DNA of 64,000 bases from Candidatus Poribacteria bacterium (GTDB taxonomy: Bacteria; Poribacteria; WGA-4E; PCPOR2b). The notes under the pieces were generated by a model that saw only the letters and a list, made by a program, of their open reading frames with translations, was not told where the DNA came from and ran no database searches. Location: positions 2,656,001 through 2,720,000 of the forward strand of contig OZ244042.1 in NCBI GenBank assembly GCA_965215015.1, written 5' to 3'. Each line of letters opens with the position of its first letter. Positions within the stretch are counted from its first letter, which is position 1. The position numbers and the translations under genes are program-made. Of this stretch, positions 58,359-64,000 are shown in pieces.

Positions 58359-59120
58359 TTATACCTCCTCCTTACGTGCGGTAAAATTAATCCGATCCGA
58401 ATGTCGATTCCACCGGTTAAAAGTGTACATATCATACGCACTGAGCATTTTGTATCCGGTCTGTCTCAGCAACTTTTTGACAGTGCTGACCTCAAATATC
58501 TTCTGGATGTGAATTTCTTCAAAACGGCGAAACAACTCCCCTTCACGGATAAAAAAAGTGAGTGCTGTCCGGCAAATCTTATCGTGATAGGTGTACATAT
58601 TTTTCCACGTATAGGAGTAGTCGGGGTGATTCTCTGCAAATGTCTGCCCATGAAAGTGCTGAACGATATTCCGCTCAGTAGTTACATCGAAAATGAACAG
58701 CCCGGACGGAATTAAATGCTTTGAAACCGCCCGGAAAACCGCCTCAAGTTCGGCTTCATCAACCGCATAGTTAATACTATCGTAGATACAAAGCACCGCA
58801 TCAAACTGTTCCTGAAGATCGAAATCACGCATGTCTCCACGAGTAAATGGGATATCTAGCTGATGCTCCGCCGCCTTTTGACGCGCAACCGTTAGCATTC
58901 CTTCGGCGCGGTCTAAGCCGTACATTTCATAGCCCTGTTCTTCCATGAGCACCGTCAACGCTCCGGTGCCGCAGGCAACCTCTAAAATCTTCCGGGGTTC
59001 AGATTTATAATGCCTGAAAAGCTCCTTAATATAGGTCGCCCAACGGAGATAATTAACATTCGCCATCATGCGGTCGTAGGGATACGCAAATTTTTCGTAA
59101 GGGTCTATCCATTCTTTCAT
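58359..59120 (-). CDS. Class I SAM-dependent methyltransferase
   Basis: LEVACGTG, GDMR.F, DSINY, G.FIFD. Confidence 0.92.
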   Translation of the reverse strand: MKEWIDPYEKFAYPYDRMMANVNYLRWATYIKELFRHYKSEPRKILEVACGTGALTVLMEEQGYEMYGLDRAEGMLTVARQKAAEHQLDIPFTRGDMRDFDLQEQFDAVLCIYDSINYAVDEAELEAVFRAVSKHLIPSGLFIFDVTTERNIVQHFHGQTFAENHPDYSYTWKNMYTYHDKICRTALTFFIREGELFRRFEEIHIQKIFEVSTVKKLLRQTGYKMLSAYDMYTFNRWNRHSDRINFTARKEEV

Positions 59121-59123
59121 CCA

Positions 59124-59606
59124 CTACTGTCCCTTCCCTTTGAATCCCACAGCCGCATCAGTCATTTTCAGCAGCGTATTAATCTCCTCTGCACTCCACA
59201 ACCCATCTTCGTTGGCCTTCGACGCATAGTCTATCGCAATTTTAACTTTTCTTAGGCGCACCTGTCCCCGCAGATAACTTAACGGCATAGCCCGCATCGT
59301 TCGTTCAACTCGATCGAATGTCGTCCTGATTGCTTCTGCATCCACACCGTCGGGGGCTTGCTGTATCAGCTGACTCTTCATGAGACCTGCAGCAAACTTG
59401 AATAATTCTGTTATCAAATACCACTGTAAAAAAAAGAGGATAAACATAAAGACGAGGAGAATCGCGAGCACTTTGGCGATGAGCGGCATTCGCTTGTGCA
59501 ATGCCCCTCGAAGCAAACCAGTTGAATTTTTTGCCATGTTTTCCCTCTCTGCCATCAATAATCCAGTGCTCGCAAAATCAAGAGAACCTTCGCGACATAA
59601 TAGCAC
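59124..59606 (-). CDS. Hypothetical single-TM protein (start uncertain)
   Basis: One TM helix; tightly packed with the methyltransferase gene. Confidence 0.65.
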   Translation of the reverse strand: MLLCREGSLDFASTGLLMAERENMAKNSTGLLRGALHKRMPLIAKVLAILLVFMFILFFLQWYLITELFKFAAGLMKSQLIQQAPDGVDAEAIRTTFDRVERTMRAMPLSYLRGQVRLRKVKIAIDYASKANEDGLWSAEEINTLLKMTDAAVGFKGKGQ

Positions 59607-59730
59607 CAGTGGAGCGGCTTGTCAACTGAAAATTTCTGTTGCCTTTTCTTTTAAGTGTGTTACAATCTCTTTAACCGATAGCAAAACGGATCGGCACAAA
59701 AATCCGATAGATCTAAGCAGAAGCTTAAGA

Positions 59731-59972
59731 TAACTCAAGTATTTTGTCGAGATATGAATCTCGACCTACAGACTGAGCCAACATCCGTAGGTCAAGTGTC
59801 CTTGCTCAACTCTCAAAGCACCAGCGGGGGGGATGTGTATAGAACAACCGAATCACCATAAATAACCCAAAGCCCCAAATACCCAGTGGGTCGTCCGTCA
59901 ATTCTTGGTCCATTGAGCCTAGAACGGTTTGGTGAGTTTTCGGGTATCTTGCGACAGATAGTAACTTAAGTT
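59731..59972. mobile_element. MITE-like element
   Basis: Imperfect TIR TAACTCAAGT..TGTCGAGATA / ATCTTGCGACA..ACTTAAGTTA. Confidence 0.5.
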
Positions 59973-60018
59973 AAGATAAAGTTTCAAAGGTCAACAGACT
60001 AAATTAAGGAGTGACATA

Positions 60019-60876
60019 ATGCCTGATTTTCCAATCGTCGATACACACATTCATCTCTGGGATCCGAGCGTTCTGAGATATCCATGGCTTGAAGATGTTC
60101 CATTTCTAAACAAGCCCTATCTATTAGAAAATTATCGAAACGCTTGTGGGATGATTGATGTTGAAACAATGATTTTTGTGCAATGTGATCCCCATCCCGA
60201 CGAAAATCTGAAAGAGGCAGAGTGGATTACATCGTTATCAAAAGAAGACCCAAGAATCCGAGGGATCGTGGCAGGTGCACCGCTTGAAAAAGGGAATGGT
60301 GCGAGAGAACTTCTTGAACAACTCTCTGAAAATCCAATGGTCAAAGGGATTCGTCGTCTAATTCAATCGGAAAGCCTCGAATTTTGTGTACAACCCGATT
60401 TTATCAGAGGCATACAGTCGCTTGAAGAGTTCGGATTGAGCTTTGATATCTGCATTTACCATCCGCATCTTGCCAATACCATTGAGTTTGTCAAGCAGTG
60501 TCCGAACATCCAGTTTATATTAGACCATATCGGCAAGCCTAACATCAAGGAGCAGCTCTTTGAACCGTGGAAACGTGAACTTAAAGAGTTATCGGAATTT
60601 CCCAACGTGTTTTGTAAGGTTTCCGGGCTCGTGACTGAAGCTGATTTTGAGAAATGGACACGAGAGGATTTGAAGCCTTACATAGATCATGTAATTGAGT
60701 GCTTCGGTTTTGATCGCGCAATCTATGGCAGTGATTGGCCCGTCGCAGCACAGGCGACCGAATATCCGAGATGGGTCGAAACCTTGGAGTGGGCGGTCAG
60801 TGGTTGTTCGGATGATGAATTAAGAAAGCTGTTCCATGACAACGCGCTTCAATTTTACAGGGTCTCCGCCGATTGA
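60019..60876 (+). CDS. Amidohydrolase family (L-fuconolactonase-like)
   Basis: DTHIHLW, LDHIGKP, CKVSG, GSDWPV. Confidence 0.9.
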   Translation: MPDFPIVDTHIHLWDPSVLRYPWLEDVPFLNKPYLLENYRNACGMIDVETMIFVQCDPHPDENLKEAEWITSLSKEDPRIRGIVAGAPLEKGNGARELLEQLSENPMVKGIRRLIQSESLEFCVQPDFIRGIQSLEEFGLSFDICIYHPHLANTIEFVKQCPNIQFILDHIGKPNIKEQLFEPWKRELKELSEFPNVFCKVSGLVTEADFEKWTREDLKPYIDHVIECFGFDRAIYGSDWPVAAQATEYPRWVETLEWAVSGCSDDELRKLFHDNALQFYRVSAD

Positions 60877-61042
60877 TCTGCAATATATGACAGAAGGGCA
60901 ACGTATAGCACATCTCGTGGCGCAGGCTTCCTAACCTGCGCCATGAGGGGATTGGCATTGTCGTATGTCCAGAGTCATACGCAATAGGCGAGGATTTTCG
61001 CAACCGAAGTGCGTAAGTCTTACTATTGGGACGGCTTATCCG

Positions 61043-61804
61043 TCACGGGCGATAGTCCTCCGCTGCATCCTCCGGCGCATATCCAACCACCTCACGGGCA
61101 TGTGAAATATCGCGATAAGTCCACTTGTTATCAGACACGACATCGAAGATATCGAACTTCACGTGGTCAGGTGCTTCAATGCACTTTTCGACCATCTGTG
61201 CAACGTCCCGCTGACTGCACCAGACGGAAAACATACGTGGTTCTGTTGGCCGGTTTTCACGGGTGACCGCGCCGATGCGTAGAGAGATTATTGATATGTC
61301 GCAAGTGTCCGTAAAATGTCTCGCCAATGCCTCACCGAAAACTTTGGAACATCCATAGAGTCCCCCGGGCCACGTCGGCGTTTCATGATCCACTTTCTTC
61401 CATGTCTCGGGGACTTCATCGTAACGTCCTTCAACGATTGCATTGTAGGGAAATTCCCGATCCCAATTTCTGACGGTTGCCCCACTGCTAGCGAAGACAA
61501 CTCGTTTAACACCCGCCTGCTGTGATGCCTCAAAAACGTTGTAACACCCCACGATATTTGCACTTAACAATTCTTCCCATGTCACACCCGGTTGTGCCAT
61601 TGCCGCCAGATGCACGACGACATCAATCCCCTCAAAAGCGGGGCGAATGGCGTCCAAGTCAGCGATATCGGCTTGATGACATTCTACTCCCGGTACAGCC
61701 CGCCGGTTCAGCGCACTCAAAGTATACTTGCTCTCTATACGTTCTCGCACGAGGCCGCCAATTAATCCGCTCATCCCGGTGACAAGCACCTTTTTTTGTG
61801 CCAT
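61043..61804 (-). CDS. NAD-dependent epimerase/dehydrogenase (uronate dehydrogenase-like)
   Basis: TG.SG.IG, VHLAA, FASS, YGCSK, LRIG. Confidence 0.88.
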   Translation of the reverse strand: MAQKKVLVTGMSGLIGGLVRERIESKYTLSALNRRAVPGVECHQADIADLDAIRPAFEGIDVVVHLAAMAQPGVTWEELLSANIVGCYNVFEASQQAGVKRVVFASSGATVRNWDREFPYNAIVEGRYDEVPETWKKVDHETPTWPGGLYGCSKVFGEALARHFTDTCDISIISLRIGAVTRENRPTEPRMFSVWCSQRDVAQMVEKCIEAPDHVKFDIFDVVSDNKWTYRDISHAREVVGYAPEDAAEDYRP

Positions 61805-62009
61805 GATTTCCCTCCGTCTTCAGGTTATATTTTTGATGGAAATTAACCCCTTCTTAATCAACTCCGGTTTATCTCTGCCGGTTTGTTCGATTATACATTA
61901 CCTTCGACAAGCTGTCAAACTTTCGAGTGCCTGAAACAGATACAAGGGTGGAAACTTCAGAGACATACTGTTACCCATTTTTTATCTTAACCCAAGTTCC
62001 TACCTTGAT

Positions 62010-62078
62010 TAGGTTCCGTTGACATTTGACGAATCAAATCAATCTCGAATTGGCAACAACAAAATGTCAACACGCCTA
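62010..62078. mobile_element. Short MITE-like element
   Basis: TAGGTTCCGTTGACATTT...AAATGTCAACACGCCTA. Confidence 0.6.
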
Positions 62079-62091
62079 GGAAAGGATTCTC

Positions 62092-62119
62092 GTAGGGAAC
62101 GTAGATCTGCGTTCCCTAC
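62092..62119. repeat. 28-bp GTAG-type REP palindrome, copy 4
   Basis: GTAGGGAACGTAGATCTGCGTTCCCTAC. Confidence 0.85.
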
Positions 62120-62204
62120 ACACAAGCTGACATCCATATAATTCACACGCTCTGTTCACCAATTTATCAAAAGCACAAGCAGCCACAGACAACGGAGGAT
62201 AAAA

Positions 62205-62468
62205 ATGGTTACCGAAGAACAAGCAAGATTTTTCGATGAAAACGGTTATCTCAAATATGGAAAGATTTTAGAGCCAAGCGAGGTAGAAGCACTTATTGAC
62301 GGTTTGAATCGGATTATCAATATTGAATTAGTAGGAGGAGATGATTCGTCCGTCGAGTTCGCCGTAGGGCACCGTCGTAAAATCAAAGAGGTCCAAGATG
62401 AACCACGAGTCCTCACTCAATACGTCAACATGTGGAAGCGAGATCAGGAGTATGAAAAACAGGATTAA
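62205..62468 (+). pseudogene. Truncated PhyH-family N-terminus, copy 1
   Basis: MVTEEQ..FF.ENGYL....L...EV..L; lacks the HxD motif. Confidence 0.7.
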
Positions 62469-62470
62469 AG

Positions 62471-62681
62471 ATTGTCTGAATCAGGATTCTCAGGATTAAA
62501 GGATTCTCAGGATTCCTAACAAGTCGGAATGTGGTAGATCCTTGTTCTCTTGCTGCCCCTGCCCATCCTGCGCCTGTTAGCGTTCCGCTAACAGAGGGGT
62601 TTCACCTAACAGAGGCCCTTCAAGCCGCCTAACAAGCCGTCCTGAAAATCCTAAAATCTTGAGAATCCTGATTCAGACAAT
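62471..62681. mobile_element. MITE-like element with 22-bp perfect TIR ATTGTCTGAATCAGGATTCTCA
   Basis: TIRs read directly; family member at 44679-44760. Confidence 0.8.
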
Positions 62682-62695
62682 TAATGAGGATAAAA

Positions 62696-62959
62696 ATGGT
62701 TACCGAAGAACAAGCAAGATTTTTCGATGAAAACGGTTATCTCAAATATGGAAAGATTTTAGAGCCAAGCGAGGTAGAAGCACTTATTGACGGTTTGAAT
62801 CGGATTATCAATATTGAATTAGTAGGAGGAGATGATTCGTCCGTCGAGTTCGCCGTAGGGCACCGTCGTAAAATCAAAGAGGTCCAAGATGAACCACGAG
62901 TCCTCACTCAATACGTCAACATGTGGAAGCGAGATCAGGAATATGAAAAACAGGATTAG
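62696..62959 (+). pseudogene. Truncated PhyH-family N-terminus, copy 2
   Basis: Same protein sequence as 62205-62468. Confidence 0.7.
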
Positions 62960-63633
62960 AGATTGGCTGTCACTCATCTATAGGTCGAAACACCAGAAAT
63001 CCCGACACACCCCCCTGCGCCATATCATGTCCCCCATCCACCAACCGCTGAATCTCCGCCTGAGCCTGCTCCTGCCACCAACACCCTCACCTCATCATAT
63101 TCCGCATCCGTCTTTGTTTCAACGATGCACAAGCATCGCACCATTGCCTGATCCCAACCATCGAAGTCAACAATGGCGACCCCCTCGTTGGGAGTGGATT
63201 TCCAGTCGTGAGTTAGTCGATATTGGCTAATATTAAAAAATCGTGCAGAGGACAATCCCAACTATCACCTAGAGGCAGTGATTGCATCAGAGCTTTAAAA
63301 AAAGGACGCAACACACTGGTTTTCACACTCAAGCCAGCTAGCAAAAAGCCTCCGGGTGTTCTACCTCAGTCGAGTGAAGTTCGGAAGGTGAATCTTGAAC
63401 TCGTGTACCGGGATGAGACCTATCCCTACCAGCTCGCACTACAACTTGACCGGAGTCTCTGAGCATTGTATAAAAAAAACGCCCTGATTCAACCATCGTA
63501 GTTCAGATCGGTCCAAAGTCCGATGGGTTGTGCTATCAAGGCGTTTTCTTAAAGCATTTACACGTTGCTGTCTCCATTGATACACCACCCGCATCTATTT
63601 TAGGTGGCAATGTGAGACATACAACTTGATTTG

Positions 63634-64000
63634 TTAGAATGTTTGTGTCAGGCGCACCATCGACAAACGACCAATTTCCGGGGCACCAATAAATGGTTGA
63701 TGCTCATTGTTCAGCAGATTTTGTACTGTCAACGACAGGCGAGGCCTCGGACCGAATGGCAAGTCATAGCCAGCGTTTAAGTCAATCGTATAATACGATT
63801 CAACCTCACCGATGTAAACCCCCGAATTCACAGGGAAGCCAGCCACAAAATTCATCCGGACACCCGCCCCCAATCCTAGATTGGTATTGAGGTATTGGAC
63901 GTTTGCTCCGAATTTATTCTTAGGTGCGTTCAGGGCAATTTCCCTGAGATCGGTCTCGAATAAATCCTTGCTGACAAACGAGTAATTCCCGCCGAAACTC
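63634..64000 (-). CDS. TonB-dependent receptor, C-terminal part (runs off the window)
   Basis: Open frame to the edge: NYSF..LNAPKNK..YYTIDLNAGY..VQNLLN...GR....LTQTF. Confidence 0.85.
   Translation of the reverse strand, partial: SFGGNYSFVSKDLFETDLREIALNAPKNKFGANVQYLNTNLGLGAGVRMNFVAGFPVNSGVYIGEVESYYTIDLNAGYDLPFGPRPRLSLTVQNLLNNEHQPFIGAPEIGRLSMVRLTQTF

Noticed and set aside
62960-63462. Short ORFs 63025-63261 (VLVAGAGSGG) and 63223-63462
   Set aside because: Possibly gene remnants (a Rossmann-like fragment), but with no credible starts; too weak to call

Overview
Bacterial chromosome segment of moderate GC. The gene content (many enolase-superfamily, Gfo/Idh/MocA and PhyH genes, a Uma2 gene, dense palindromic repeats) resembles Ca. 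Poribacteria, but this is an inference only. (1) 1-13.9 kb is a defence-type island: a beta-class DNA methyltransferase, ppx, a GIY-YIG nuclease, a Fic AMPylase bracketed by a 76-bp palindromic direct repeat, and a minus-strand operon HEPN-DUF499 ATPase / ABC-type ATPase / small PD-(D/E)xK-like protein / DUF1156 methyltransferase. The usual DUF3780 and SNF2-helicase partners are not visible. (2) 14-32 kb is mostly acid-sugar-type catabolism, with five enolase-superfamily enzymes, one of which lacks both catalytic lysines. (3) 32.1-32.4 kb is a tandem 103-nt structured repeat ahead of a minus-strand terminator. (4) 32.7-39 kb is a run of exported proteins: YCF48-like, TlpA, a hidden selenocysteine (UPFC) peroxiredoxin-like lipoprotein with a SECIS-like hairpin, Tat-DUF362, a small Cys lipoprotein and an outer-membrane barrel. 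(5) There are three IS200/IS605 (tnpB) remnants, one seamlessly splitting a Uma2 gene after TTAC, plus a decayed integrase/HNH/ATPase island, several REP/MITE families, metabolic genes, a duplicated truncated phyH and the 3' end of a TonB-dependent receptor. I saw no rRNA, tRNA or CRISPR array. All family calls come from motif recognition by eye, not from database searches.
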